Assembly: GCA_963805625.1 (NCBI GenBank)
Contig: CAWDVE010000025.1
Span: 30,726-94,725, forward strand
Length of the DNA: 64,000 nt
Origin: an uncultured Candidatus Rokubacteria bacterium
GTDB taxonomy: Bacteria > Methylomirabilota > Methylomirabilia > Rokubacteriales > DASRDR01
Direction of reading: 5' to 3'
In this document: piece after piece, positions 18,213 to 29,872 of the stretch
Numbering within the stretch: the first letter of the stretch is position 1
Layout of the letters: the number at the start of each line of letters is the position of its first letter
The notes under the pieces: generated by a model
Database searches by the model: none
Told to the model about the DNA's origin: nothing
Seen by the model: the letters and a program-made list of their open reading frames with translations, nothing else
Made by a program: the position numbers and the translations under genes

Positions 18213-20338
18213 GCCAGACGACGCCCCACGGCCAGGGCGGGGGCCGAACGCCCAACCGCCTGGCGGGCGAGACGAGCCCGTACCTCCTTCAGCACCAGTA
18301 CAACCCGGTCGACTGGTACCCCTGGGGTCCGGAGGCGTTCGAGCGGGCGCGACGCGAGGACCGGCCGCTCCTGCTTTCCGTCGGCTACTCGGCCTGTCAC
18401 TGGTGTCACGTCATGGAGCGAGAGTCGTTCGAGGATCCCGCGATCGCGGGGCTGATGAACGAGCGCTTCGTCAACATCAAGGTCGACCGCGAGGAGCGCC
18501 CGGACGTCGACTCGATCTACATGCAGGCCGTCCAGTCGATGACGGGCCACGGTGGCTGGCCGATGACGGTCTTCCTTACGCCCGACGGCGTCCCGTTCTA
18601 TGGGGGCACCTACTTCCCTCCGGGGGACCGACATGGGATGCCTGGATTTCCCCGGGTGCTCGAGGCGGTGGCCGAGTACTACCGCGACCGGCGTGGCGAG
18701 GCGACCCAGGTCGGGCGTGAGCTGCTCGATCGACTCCGTCAAGCGGAGCGCGTCCGGGCGGGCGGGGACCTGCTCAGCCCTTCGGTGCTCGACGCCGCCT
18801 ACCAGGGGATTCGGAGCGAGTTCGACGCCCGCTACGGAGGGCTCGGCCGGGCGCCCAAGTTCCCGCAGCCGATGGCGTTCGACTTCCTCCTCCGCTACTG
18901 GCGCCGGCGAGACGTCCCGGATGCGCTCCAGATGGTTCGCCAGACCCTCACGCGCATGGCCAGGGGCGGCATCTACGACCAGCTGGGAGGCGGCTTTCAC
19001 CGCTACTCGGTCGACCAGGTCTGGCTGGTGCCCCATTTCGAGAAGATGCTCTACGACCAGGCCCAGCTGGCGCTCCTCTACCTTCAGGCCTGGCAGGCGA
19101 CGGGCGATCCCGAGTACCGTCGCGTGACCGAGGAGACGCTCGACTACGTCGTCCGCGAGATGACTCACCCCGAGGGCGGCTTCTACTCCACGCAGGACGC
19201 GGACTCGGAAGGGGAGGAGGGGAAGTTCTTCCTCTGGGACCCGGCGGAGATCGAAGCGCTGCTCGACGCCGAGACCGCCCGCGTGGCCCTCCACTACTGG
19301 GGTGTGGCCGACGGACCCAACTTCGAGGGCCGGAGCATCCTCCATGTACCGCGCGATCCCGACGAGGTGGCGGCCGCGCTCGGGCTCACGCCGGACAGGG
19401 TCTCAGAGCTCCTTCGCCGGGCTCGCGCCATGCTCTTCGCGCACCGAGAGAGCCGGATCAAGCCCGGCCGGGACGAGAAGGTGCTGTCAGGCTGGAATGG
19501 CATGATGCTCCGGGCCTTCGCCGAGGCGTCCGGCGCCCTGGGGCGGCCGGACTACCTCGAGGCGGCCGAGCGGAACGCCGGGTTCCTCCTGTCCGCCCTG
19601 GTCCAGGACGGCCGGCTCCTCCGGACCTGGAAGGACGGCCGGGCGAAGCTCCTCGGGTACCTGGAGGACCACGCGATGGTGGTCGACGGACTCCTCGCGC
19701 TCCACGAGGTGACGCTCGACCAGCGGTGGCTCGGCGCAGCGCGCAGGCTGGCCGGCGCGATGGTGGACCTCTTCTGGGACCCGGAGGCGGAGGGGTTCTT
19801 CGACACGGGGCGGGATCACGAGACCCTCGTCGTCCGGCCGCGGAGCCTCTTCGACTCGGCGGTTCCCTGCGGCTCGTCGGTGGCAGCTGATGTCCTGCTT
19901 CGTCTCGCGGTTCTGACCGGGGACGCGGATCTCGAGCAGCGCGGCGTGGCAACCATCCGATCGGTCGCACCCCTCATGGGTCGGTACCCCTCGGGCTTCG
20001 GGCGATTCCTGGCGGCGCTGGATTTCCATCTCGGATCTCCCGTCGAGGTGGCCGTCGTGTGGGCGGGGGACGAGCCTCCCGCCGAGCGGGAGCGGCTCCT
20101 CGCGCCCCTCCTGGCGGAGGTCTTCCGCCGCTACCTCCCCAACCGGGTCCTCACCGGGGGCGTGGAGGGATCCGGAGGGGACCTGCCCCTCCTCGCCGGC
20201 AAGCGGGCCCGTGCCGGCCGGCCGACGGCCTACGTCTGCGAGAGATACGCGTGCCAGGCGCCCACCACCGAGCCGGCGGAGCTCGGTGGCCAGCTCGATG
20301 GGCGCGGCGGCCGGCCAGCTCCGGCGCCGGTCCGTTGA
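18209..20338 (+). CDS. Thioredoxin-domain YyaL/SSP411 (DUF255) protein
   Basis: [38 protein letters not shown]. Confidence 0.92.
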   Translation: MSQTTPHGQGGGRTPNRLAGETSPYLLQHQYNPVDWYPWGPEAFERARREDRPLLLSVGYSACHWCHVMERESFEDPAIAGLMNERFVNIKVDREERPDVDSIYMQAVQSMTGHGGWPMTVFLTPDGVPFYGGTYFPPGDRHGMPGFPRVLEAVAEYYRDRRGEATQVGRELLDRLRQAERVRAGGDLLSPSVLDAAYQGIRSEFDARYGGLGRAPKFPQPMAFDFLLRYWRRRDVPDALQMVRQTLTRMARGGIYDQLGGGFHRYSVDQVWLVPHFEKMLYDQAQLALLYLQAWQATGDPEYRRVTEETLDYVVREMTHPEGGFYSTQDADSEGEEGKFFLWDPAEIEALLDAETARVALHYWGVADGPNFEGRSILHVPRDPDEVAAALGLTPDRVSELLRRARAMLFAHRESRIKPGRDEKVLSGWNGMMLRAFAEASGALGRPDYLEAAERNAGFLLSALVQDGRLLRTWKDGRAKLLGYLEDHAMVVDGLLALHEVTLDQRWLGAARRLAGAMVDLFWDPEAEGFFDTGRDHETLVVRPRSLFDSAVPCGSSVAADVLLRLAVLTGDADLEQRGVATIRSVAPLMGRYPSGFGRFLAALDFHLGSPVEVAVVWAGDEPPAERERLLAPLLAEVFRRYLPNRVLTGGVEGSGGDLPLLAGKRARAGRPTAYVCERYACQAPTTEPAELGGQLDGRGGRPAPAPVR

Positions 20339-20453
20339 TGCGGGCCGGCCCTAGGGACTAGCCCCGGCCGCCCAGTTGATGCGGGCCTGCCGCGGGGCTA
20401 TAGTCTGGGCACCTTTCCCAGCTACCCCAACTACCCAAGGAGGGGATACACCT

Positions 20454-22059
20454 ATGCGCTTCACGCGAGCCGTGCTTCTGGTGACGGCCGTCCTGCTGCT
20501 CGGTGCGGCGGGACCGGCCCTGGCCCAGACCTTCATCTTCGGCGGCCAGGGGGAGCCGGTCCAGTTCGACCCGGCCGTCATCACCGACGGGATCACCGCC
20601 AAGGTCACGCGCCAGATCTACGACACCCTCTACGAGTTCAAGCCGGGCACGACCCTGGTCCAGCCGGGGCTCGCCGAGAAGGCCGAGGCCTCGGCCGACG
20701 GCAAGACGTGGACGCTCGAGCTTCGCAAGAACGTGAAGTTCCACGACGGCGAGCCGTTCGACGCCAAGGCCGTAGTCTGGAACTTCGAGCGTTGGATGAA
20801 CACGAAGAACCCGCAGCATGAGAACCAGCTCAAGGCGGGCCAGACCTTCGAGTACTTCGAGGGCCAGTTCGACGGCTTTGACGACAAGTCGGTCATCGAG
20901 AAGGTCGAGGCGACCGGCAGCCACACCGTGAAGTTCACACTCCGGCAGCCCCAGGCGCCGTTCCTTCAGAACATCGCCATGTTCCCCTTCGGCATCGCCA
21001 GCCCGAAAGCCGTCGAGAAGTGGGGCACGGAGTTCGGGAAGCACCCGGTGGGAACGGGCGCCTTCAAGTTCGTCGAGTGGAAGGCGAACCAGGAGGTCGT
21101 GCTCGAGGCGAACCCGGACTACTGGGGGAAGAAAGCAAGCATCAAGCGGGCCATCGTCCGCAACATCAAGGACAACTCCCAGCGGGTGGCCGCGCTCAAG
21201 GCCGGTGAGGTGCACGGGATCGAGGGGATCAACCCCGACGACCTCAAGGTTCTGCGGGCCGATTCGAACCTCCAGGTGCTGCTCCGCCCGACCAACACGA
21301 CTGGCTACGTCGCCTTCAACTACAAGGTGAAGGAGTTTCAGGACAAGCGCGTCCGCGAGGCGGTCGCCCATGCGATCAACAAGAAAGCGATCGTCGACGC
21401 GCTCTACGGCGGCACCGGGCTCGTGGCAACCCAGTTCCAGCCGCCGCCGCTCTGGGGCTACAACAAGGAGCTGAAGGACTACGAGTACAGCACGGCCAAG
21501 GCTCAGGACCTCCTGAAGCAGGCGGGATTCCCCAACGGCTTCAGCGAGATCACCTGGGACGACGGCAAGAAGGAGCCGCTCGTCTTCTGGTACATGTCCC
21601 GCTCGCGTCCGTACTTCCCGAACCCCAAGGAGATCGGGGAGGCTATCGCGGCCGACCTCGCGAAGGTCGGGATCAAGGGCCAGCTCCAGACCGTGGAGTG
21701 GGCAAACTACCTCGACAAGCGGAAGAACGGCCAGCTCCCGCTCTACATGCTCGGGTGGACCGGTGACAATGGCGATCCCGACAACTTCCTCTGCTACTTC
21801 TTCTGTCCGGACAAGCCGTCGCGCGAGGGGTTCCATTCGAACCCGCCGCTCTCGGACCTGCTGAAGCGCGCCGCGACGCTGACGACCCAGACGGAGCGCG
21901 CGAAGCTCTACCGCCAGGCCGAGCAGATGATCCACGATAACGTCTCGCGGGTGTTCGTCGCCAACAACGAGCCCCCCCTCGCCTTCTCGAAGAAGGTGAA
22001 GGGCTACGTGCCGAGCCCGTTGGACGACGAGCGGTTCAACACCATCAACGATCCAGTAA
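20454..22059 (+). CDS. Peptide ABC transporter substrate-binding protein, copy 1 (DppA-like)
   Basis: Family 5 SBP motifs (LRKNVKFHDG, PVGTGAFKF, GWTGDNGDPDNF). An extra A near 22047 hides the likely end ..FNTITIQ*. Confidence 0.88.
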
Positions 22060-22092
22060 CACGCGGAGACCCTGTCGGAGGACGGGGAGTCG

Positions 22093-23097
22093 GTGCGGAG
22101 TTACGCCATTCGGCGCAGCCTCACCGTCATACCCGTCCTCCTCGGGGTCTCGATCCTCGTCTTCAGCTTCGTTCATCTGATCCCCGGTGACCCCGCGGTC
22201 ACCATGCTCGGCGAGCGCGCGACGCCCGAGAAGGTCGCCGAGGTCCGAAAACGACTCGGCCTGGACCGCCCGATCCCCGAGCAGTATTTCCTCTACATCA
22301 GCAAGGCCATTCGGGGGGATCTGGGCGTCTCCATCGTCCGCGGCGACCCGGTGTTCACCGACATCCTCCGTCGATTCCCCGCGACCGTTGAGCTGGCGGT
22401 CGCTGCCATCGTCCTCGCCGTCCTGTTCGGGATCCCCGTCGGCATCGTCTCCGCCGTCTGGCGGAAGTCCCTGATCGACAGCCTCTCCCGCCTGCTCGCG
22501 CTGACCGGGGTCTCGATGCCGATCTTCTGGCTGGGCGTGATGCTGGCCTGGGTGTTCGCCGTCGAGCTCCACTGGCTGCCCACGGGAGCCCGGCTCGACA
22601 GCGTGGCCGACTACGAGCCGTGGACCCACTTCGTCCTGATCGACGCGGTGCTTCAGCGCAACTGGGCCATGATTCCGGACGCGCTGCGGCATCTGGTGCT
22701 GCCCGCGGTGGCCCTCGCCACGATTCCTCTCGCCGTCATCGCCCGGATGATGCGGGCGAGCATGCTCGAGATCCTCTCGCGCGACTATATCCGCACGGCG
22801 GATGCCAAGGGCCTCTCGCGAGCGGCCGTGGTCCTGCGCCACGGGCTCCGGAATGCGCTCCTGCCGGTGCTCACCGTGGTGGGCCTTCAGGTCGGCTCGC
22901 TCCTGGCGGGGGCGATCCTCACCGAGACGATCTTCTCCTGGCCGGGGATCGGGCGCTGGGTGTACGAGTCGATCGAGTCGCGCGACTACCCGATCGTCCA
23001 GGGGGCGAGCCTCTTCATCGGAGTCATCGTGGTCGTGGTGAACCTCTTCACGGACCTCCTCTACGCCGCGGTCGATCCGCGGATCAAGTACGACTGA
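22093..23097 (+). CDS. Peptide ABC transporter permease, copy 1 (DppB-like)
   Basis: LIPGDP, FPATVELA, DYIRTADAKGL, RDYPIVQ, DPRIKY. Confidence 0.92.
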   Translation: MRSYAIRRSLTVIPVLLGVSILVFSFVHLIPGDPAVTMLGERATPEKVAEVRKRLGLDRPIPEQYFLYISKAIRGDLGVSIVRGDPVFTDILRRFPATVELAVAAIVLAVLFGIPVGIVSAVWRKSLIDSLSRLLALTGVSMPIFWLGVMLAWVFAVELHWLPTGARLDSVADYEPWTHFVLIDAVLQRNWAMIPDALRHLVLPAVALATIPLAVIARMMRASMLEILSRDYIRTADAKGLSRAAVVLRHGLRNALLPVLTVVGLQVGSLLAGAILTETIFSWPGIGRWVYESIESRDYPIVQGASLFIGVIVVVVNLFTDLLYAAVDPRIKYD

Positions 23098-24004
23098 TGG
23101 GCGCCACGACTGAAGCTGCGGCCCTCGATCCGGTCGTGGTCCCCGCCGCGCGCGGCCAGAGCCCGGCGGCGGCGGCCTGGCGCCGGCTCCTGTCGAGCCC
23201 GGTGGCGCGAGTGGGCCTGGTGATCGTGTGCGTGTTCGTCCTGGCCGCGGCCCTTGCCCCCTTCCTCCACCACTACGACCCCAAGACGGATTCGAGTCTG
23301 GGTGAGCGGCTCAGGCCGCCCGGTGTCGAGCACCCCTTCGGCACGGACTCTCTCGGACGAGACATCCTGGTGAGGGTCATTCATGCGGCGCGGGTGTCGC
23401 TCGGCCTGGGAATCAGCTCAGTGGTCGTGGCGGCCGTGATCGGGTCGCTGCTTGGCCTCTTGGCCGGTTATTCCGGCCGGACGTCGGACCTCGTCATCAT
23501 GTTCTGCATGGACATCCTGCTGGCTTTCCCGGGACGCTCCTGGCCATCGCCATCGTGGCGATGATCGGCCCCGGCCTCCGGAACTCGCTCCTGGCGATCA
23601 GCACGGTCGCGATCCCCATCTACGCGCGGATTGCCCGCGGAGCGGTGCTCGAGCTTCGCGAGCTGGAGTTCGTCACGGCGGCGAGAGCTCTCGGTGGCAG
23701 CGGTCCGCACGTGGTCATGCGCCACATCTTCCCGAACACGCTGCCGCCACTCATCGTCCAGACGACCCTGGCGATCGCGTTCGCCATCCTGGAGGCGGCC
23801 GCGCTGGGGTTCCTCGGTCTCGGCGCTCAGCCGCCGACCCCGGAGTGGGGCGCGATGCTGTCCGACTCGTACAAGTACTTCACGAGCGGCGCCTGGTGGG
23901 TGTTCTTCTTCCCCGGCGTGGCCATCATGCTGTCGGTCCTGGGGTTCAACCTGCTCGGCGACGGTCTGCGCGATGCCCTGGACCCAAGGCTGCGCTCGGA
24001 CTAG
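23097..24004 (+). CDS. Peptide ABC transporter permease, copy 1 (DppC-like), frameshift near 23530
   Basis: HPFGTDSLGRDI, then in another frame FLGLGAQPPTPEWG..GDGLRDALDP; a C is missing in a C-run relative to copy 2. Confidence 0.85.
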
Positions 24005-24154
24005 TTTCGCTCAACCCCGGCGTCCATTCCTGACGGCCCGCGGGACCGTGTCCGGCAGGGGGGCCGCTTGCCCCGGGCCCGTCCGTTGAAGCCAGTTGGC
24101 CGGAGGACTATAGTCTGGCCACCGCTTCCAACCATCGAACAAGGAGGAACACCT

Positions 24155-25756
24155 ATGCGTCTTGCGCGCGCAATGCTCCTGCTGACCACGGTTCTGGTCT
24201 TGGGCGCGGTGGGCCCGGCTCGAGCTCAGACGTTCGTGTTCGGGGCCGAGGGTGAGCCCGTCAGTTTCGACCCCGCGATCATCACCGACGGCGTTTCGCA
24301 GCGGGTCACGACGCAGGTCTACGACAACCTGGTCCGGTACAAGGGCGCGACGACCGACGTCGAGCCCGCGCTGGCCGAGAAGTGGGATACCTCGGCGGAC
24401 GGCAAGGTTTGGACGCTCTACATCCGCCAGAACGTGAAGTTTCACGACGGTGAGCCACTCGACGCCAAGGCGGTGGTCTGGAACATCGAGCGCTGGTGGA
24501 AGGCAAGTCACCCTCAGCACGAGAACCAGCTGAAGGCCGGGCAGACGTTCGAGTACTGGGAGGGACAGTTCGACGGCTTCGACGACAAGTCGATCGTCTC
24601 CAAGGTGGAGGCGCTGGACTCGCACACCGTTCGCGTCACGCTGAAGCAGCCACAGGCGCCGTTCCTGTCCAATCTGGCGATGCTTCAGCTTCGGCATTGC
24701 CAGCCCCAAGGCGGTGGAGAAATGGGGCACGGAGTACGGGAAGCACCCGGTGGGGACGGGGGCCTTCAAGTTCGTCGAGTGGAAGGCAAACCAGGAGGTC
24801 GTGCTGGAGGCGAATCCCGACTACTGGGGAGTGAAGGCGAAGGTGAAGCGGGTGGTCGTGCGGAACATCAAGGACAACTCGCAGCGGCTGGCCGCTCTGA
24901 AGGCGGGTGAGATTCACGGGATGTACGGCCTCAACCCGGACGATATCAAGGTGGTCAAGAGCGATCCAAATCTCTAGATGCTGCCGCGGCCGACGAACAA
25001 CACCGGCTACGTGGCGTTCAACTACAAGGTGAAGGAGTTCCTGGACAAGCGGATCCGCCAGGCAATCGCCCACGCGATCAACAAGAAGGCGATCGTCGAC
25101 GCACTCTACGGCGGGACCGGGCTGGTGGCGACGCAGTTCCAGCCGCCGGCGCTGTGGGGCTACAACAAGGAGCTGAAGGACTTCGAGTACAGCCAGGAGA
25201 AGGCCCAAGACTTGCTGAAGCAGGCCGGGTTCCCGAACGGCTTCACCGAGATCACCTGGGAGGACGGCAAGAAGGAGCCGTTGGTGTTCTGGTACATGCC
25301 GGTGTCCCGGCCTTACTTCCCGAACCCGAAGGAGATCGGCGAGGCGATCGCGGCGGACCTGGCCAAGGTCGGCATCAAGGCCCAGCTCCAGACGGTCGAC
25401 TGGGCCGTCTACCTTGACAAGCGGAAGAATGGGCAGCTGCCGATCTACATGCTTGGGTGGACCGGTGACAACGGTGATCCGGACAACTTCGTCTGCTACT
25501 TCTTCTGCTCCGGGCTCGTCCCGGGAGGGATTCTATTCCAACCTGCCCTGGCCGACGTTCTGAAGCGGGCCGCCGTGCTGACCCAGCAGGATGAGCGCGC
25601 GGCGCTATACCGCCAGGCCGAGCAGATGATCCACGATGACGTGGCCCGGATCTTCATCGCGAACAACGAACCCCCGCTGGCGTTCTCGAAGAAGGTGAAG
25701 GGCTACGTGACGAACCCGACTGGGACGAGCCCTTCAACACCGTCTCGATGCAGTAG
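24155..25756 (+). pseudogene. DppA-like SBP, copy 2 (TAG at 24975 plus several frameshifts; real or sequencing error)
   Basis: Colinear with copy 1 across three ORF fragments; ends ..FNTVSMQ*. Confidence 0.8.
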
Positions 25757-25781
25757 TTCCGACCCGGCGGCGGACGGGGCG

Positions 25782-26786
25782 GTGAGGGACGTCGCGATGC
25801 GGCGTTCCCTCACCGTCACCCCGTCCTCTTCGGGATCTCGATCCTCGTCTTCGGCTTCATCCACCTGATCCCGGGCGACCCCGCCGTCACCATGCTCGGC
25901 GAGCGCGCGACGCCCGAGAAGGTCGCCGACGTCCGGGCGCGGCTCGGCCTGGACCGTCCGCTCCACGAGCAGTACCTCATCTACATCGGCAAGGTCATTC
26001 GCGGGGATCTGGGCGTCTCGATCGTCCGCGGCGACCCCGTGTTCGCCGACATCCTCCGCCGGTTCCCCGCGACGGTGGAGCTGGCGCTGGCCGCCATCGT
26101 CTCGCCATCCTGTTCGGGATTCCCGATCGGCATCGTCTCCGCCGTCTGGCGCAAATCGTTGATCGACAGCCTCTCCCGCGTGCTGCGCGCTGACCGGCGT
26201 CTCGATGCCGATCTTCTGGCTGGGCGTGATGCTCGCCTGGGTCTTCGGCGTCGAGCTCCACTGGCTGCCCACCGGCGCCCGGCTCGACAGCGTGGCCGAC
26301 TACGAGCCGTGGACGCACTTCGTCCTGCTCGACGCGGTCCTCCAGCGCAACTGGGCGATGATCCCGGACGCGCTGCGGCACCTGGTGCTGCCGGCGGTCG
26401 CGCTCGCCACGATCCCGCTCGCGGTGATCGCCCGGATGACGCGGGCGAGCATGCTCGAGGTCCTCTCGCGCGACTAGATCCGACAGCGGAAACCAAGGGC
26501 CTGGCCCGGGCGGCCGTGGTCCTGCGCCACGGGCTCCGGAACGCGCTCCTGCCGGTGCTGACGGTGGTGGGCCTTCAGGTCGGCTCGCTCCTGGCAGGGG
26601 CGATCCTCACCGAGACCATCTTCTCCTGGCCGGGAATCGGCCGCTGGGTGTACGAGTCGATCGAGTCGCGCGACTACCCGATCGTCCAGGGCGCGAGCCT
26701 CTTCATCGGCGTCATCGTGGTCGTGGTGAACCTGTTCACGGACCTCCTCTACGCCGACGGTCGATCCGCGGATCAAGTACGACTGA
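25782..26786 (+). pseudogene. DppB-like permease, copy 2 (multiple indels, TAG at 26475)
   Basis: Near-identical peptide blocks to 22093-23097, split over frames. Confidence 0.8.
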
Positions 26787-27690
26787 TGGGCGTGACGACG
26801 CAGGCTGCGACCTCGAGCCGGTCGCGGTCCCCGCTGCGCGCGGCCAGAGCCCGGCGGCGGCGGCCTGGCGCCGGCTCCTGTCGAGCCCGGTGGCGCGAGT
26901 GGGCCTGGTGATCGTGTGCGTGTTCGTCCTGGTCGCGGTCCTCGCCCCGTTCGTCCATCACTACGATCCCAAGACGGACTCGAGCCTGACCGAGCGGCTT
27001 CGAGCCGCCCAGCGGGGCGCACCCCTTCGGCACGGACTCGCTCGGGCGCGACATCCTGGTGAGGGTCATGCACGCGGCGCGGGTGTCGCTCGGCCTGGGG
27101 ATCAGCTCGGTGATCGTGGCGGCTGCGATCGGGTCCTGCTCGGCCTCCTGGCCGGCTACGTCGGGCGGACGTCGGACCTCGTCATCATGTTCTGCATGGA
27201 CATCCTGCTGGCCTTCCCCGGGACGCTCCTGGCCATCGCCATCGTGGCCATGATCGGCCCGGGTCTGCGGAACTCGCTCCTGGCGATCAGCATGGTCGCG
27301 ATCCCGATCTACGCGCGGATCGCCCGGGGGGCGGTGCTCGAGCTTCGCGAGCTGGAGTTCGTCACGGCGGCGAGGGCTCTCGGGGGCAGCGGCCCGCACG
27401 TGGTCCTGCGCCACATCTTCCCGAACACGCTGCCGCCGCTCATCGTCCAGACGACGCTGGCGATCGCGTTCGCGATCCTGGAGGCGGCCGCGCTGGGGTT
27501 CCTCGGTCTCGGCGCCCAGCCGCCGACCCCGGAGTGGGGCGCGATGCTGGCCGACTCGTACAAGTACTTCACGAGCGGCGCCTGGTGGGTGTTCTTCTTC
27601 CCGGGGGCCGCCATCATGCTGTCGGTCCTGGGTTCAACCTGCTCGACGACCGTCTCCGCGATGCCCTGTACCGGGCTCCGTTCGGATTAG
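26786..27690 (+). pseudogene. DppC-like permease, copy 2 (multiple indels)
   Basis: Near-identical peptide blocks to 23097-24004. Confidence 0.8.
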
Positions 27691-27703
27691 CCTCGACCGA
27701 TCC

Positions 27704-28420
27704 CGGCGTCCGTTCCTGACCGCCCGCTGGGTCAACGTCGCCCTGCTTTCCTATCCCGTGCCGGACGAGGTTCTCGCGCCGCGGCTGCCGCCCGGCCTGG
27801 CTCTCGACCGCTGGGAAGGCCGCGGCTTCGTGAGCCTCGTGGCCTTTGACTTCCTCGACACGCGCGTCGCGGGCGTACCCTGGCCTGGATTCACGCGATT
27901 CCCCGAGGTCAATCTGCGCTTCTACGTCCGGGAAGGGGACCGACGCGGCGTCGTCTTCATCAGCGAGCTGGTGCCGAGCCGGCTCGTGGCGCTCCTGGCC
28001 CGCCACCTCTACAACGAGCCGTACCGGGTAGCGCGGCTCCACAGCACCACCTGGGCGGAGCGTGACCGGATCCGAGTGGCCCACGAGTTCGTCTGGGGAG
28101 GCCGGCGGCAGCGCCTCGCGGTCGAGGCACGGTGCCCCGCCGAGCCCACCGCCGAGACTGGGCCGACTCACTTCTTCAAGGAGCACGCGTGGGGGTACGG
28201 GACCGACCGGCGTGGCGACCCGCTCCGGTACGCGGTCGACCACCCCCGCTGGCGCGTCTACCCCGACGCAGTGGCGCGTGTCGACCTGGACTTCCGGGCC
28301 GTGTACGGGCCCGAGTGGGGCTTCCTGACCGGTCTCGTGCCCGAGCTGGTGGTCCTTGCGGAAGGGTCGGCGGTGGCCGTCTACCGGGGCGAGCGACTGC
28401 GAACGGGGCAGCCAACGTAG
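27704..28420 (+). CDS. DUF2071/YqjF family protein (start codon unclear)
   Basis: RPFLTARWVNVAL in frame upstream of GTG 27758; VSLVAF..FPEVNLRFYV..GVVFISE..YAVDHPRW. Confidence 0.8.
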   Translation, partial: RRPFLTARWVNVALLSYPVPDEVLAPRLPPGLALDRWEGRGFVSLVAFDFLDTRVAGVPWPGFTRFPEVNLRFYVREGDRRGVVFISELVPSRLVALLARHLYNEPYRVARLHSTTWAERDRIRVAHEFVWGGRRQRLAVEARCPAEPTAETGPTHFFKEHAWGYGTDRRGDPLRYAVDHPRWRVYPDAVARVDLDFRAVYGPEWGFLTGLVPELVVLAEGSAVAVYRGERLRTGQPT

Positions 28421-28504
28421 CCGGCGCCACCCCGGCGCCGGTATAGTAGACTCGACGACCGCGCCGCCCCCGGCGCGGTTCGCGCTTCGGAGGAGAGCGG
28501 GAGA

Positions 28505-29266
28505 ATGTGGGACGAGCCACTGGTGATCGCGACGCGGTCCTTCCGCTCGCGACTCGTCGTGGGGGCCGAGCGCTACCCCTCGGCGGAGATCATGCGGCGG
28601 AGCCACGACGCCGCGGGCGCGGAGCTCGTGACCCTGGTGGTCCCGGACCTGGACCTCGCGAGTCCGGGAGGCTCGCTCCTGACGTCGATCGACCAGGGGC
28701 GCTTCACCCTGGTCGCGACCACCACCGGGTGCCGGACGGCAGATGAGGCGGTGCGTACGGCCTACCTCGCTCGGGAGTCGGGGCTCGGAGACTTCGTGAA
28801 GATCGACGTGGTCGGGGATTCGCGGACCGAGATGCCGGATCTCCCGGCGGTTCTCGAGGCGACCCGCACCCTGTCGCGGGACGGGTTCGTCGCGCTGCCG
28901 GTGGCGGGCGAGGATCCCGTCGCCGCGCGGCGGCTGGAGGAGGCGGGCGCGGCAGCCATCCTGCTCCAGCCCGCGCCGGCTGGGTCGGGGCTCGGAATCC
29001 GCAACCCCTACGCCATCCGCCTGGTCCTGGACACCGCGACCGTGCCGGTCATCGTGGCCGCCGGGATCGGCACGGCCTCGGACGCGGCGGTCGCCATGGA
29101 GCTGGGCTGCCACGCCGTGCTGGTGGGTACGGCCATCGCCGAGGCACGTGACCCGGAGGTCATGGCCGAGGCGATGCGCCATGCGGTGGAGGCGGGGCGC
29201 GCTGCCTACAAGGCCGGGCGCATCGCCCGGCGCCTCCATCGGAACGCGTTCGGCTCCCCGGATTGA
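28505..29266 (+). CDS. thiG: Divergent thiazole synthase-like protein
   Basis: F.SRL.VG, TTGCRTADEAVRTA, GSGLGIRNP, GIGTASDAAVAMELG, AVEAGR.AY.AGRI. Confidence 0.8.
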   Translation: MWDEPLVIATRSFRSRLVVGAERYPSAEIMRRSHDAAGAELVTLVVPDLDLASPGGSLLTSIDQGRFTLVATTTGCRTADEAVRTAYLARESGLGDFVKIDVVGDSRTEMPDLPAVLEATRTLSRDGFVALPVAGEDPVAARRLEEAGAAAILLQPAPAGSGLGIRNPYAIRLVLDTATVPVIVAAGIGTASDAAVAMELGCHAVLVGTAIAEARDPEVMAEAMRHAVEAGRAAYKAGRIARRLHRNAFGSPD

Positions 29267-29306
29267 GTCTGCCCCTGCAGGTCCTCATCGTCGCGCTCCG
29301 GCTCAC

Positions 29307-29519
29307 GTGAGCCGGCCTGACGCCGTCGTCGTCGGGACGGGTGCGATCGGGGCTGCCTGCGCGTACGAGCTCGCGTGCGCCGGGCTCCGCGTCACGGTGG
29401 TCGAGCGCGCGGAGCCTGGGGCGGAGGCCTCGGGCGCGTCGGCCGGAATCCTGTCGGTCCCGGATCCCTCCCGTCGTGATCCCGTCGCCACCCTCGGCCG
29501 GCTGAGCCGCGACCTCTGA
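29307..29519 (+). pseudogene. thiO: Truncated glycine oxidase (ThiO-like) N-terminus
   Basis: VVVGTGAIGAACAYEL..VTVVER..EASGASAGIL FAD-binding motif; stops after 70 aa; lies next to thiG. Confidence 0.7.
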
Positions 29520-29872
29520 AGCCGGGGGCCTTCTTTGCGCTTACCGAACATGGCTTGGGTCCGAGGGGGAATCCGCACTACCCCGTGCCCTGGTCGATGG
29601 ACGGAAGCGGCGTCTACCTGCTCACGCCGTCCGAGACTCGAGCCGTTTTGGAGCAGATCGGCTTCGAGGCCATCCTCATCGAGGATACCGGAGCCAAGTA
29701 CCTCGCCGGATACAGAGCGGCGATTGAAAGAGCCGAAAAGGGGGTTGTGCCGCCGCTCGGAATCCACATACTCTTCGGCGAGACCGCGTTGGAGAAGACA
29801 CGCAACGCCGCGCGTAACATAGATGAGGGTCGCACACACCCCATACAGTTGATCTGCCGCAAGCGACGATGA
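29516..29872 (+). pseudogene. C-terminal fragment of a class I SAM methyltransferase
   Basis: Frame reads LKPGAFFALTEH..PHYPVPW..; no N-terminal motif I; lower GC than the flanks. Confidence 0.6.

Larger units (their letters stand above)
20300..27727 (+). repeat. Diverged tandem duplication of about 3.7 kb (dppABC)
   Basis: Two colinear units, ~20300-24045 and ~24050-27727, including promoter/RBS (CTATAGTCTGG..CAAGGAGG..ACACCTATGCG). Confidence 0.88.

Noticed and set aside
20358-21935. Long antisense or alternative-frame ORFs (also 30910-32784, 41906-44017, 34388-36148 and others)
   Set aside because: Shadow ORFs expected at very high GC; they overlap well-supported genes and lack motifs.
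24975-26477. Two in-frame TAG codons as pyrrolysine or stop-codon recoding
   Set aside because: They replace CAG and TAT of copy 1 in a region full of indels, and TAG is a normal stop elsewhere in the window.
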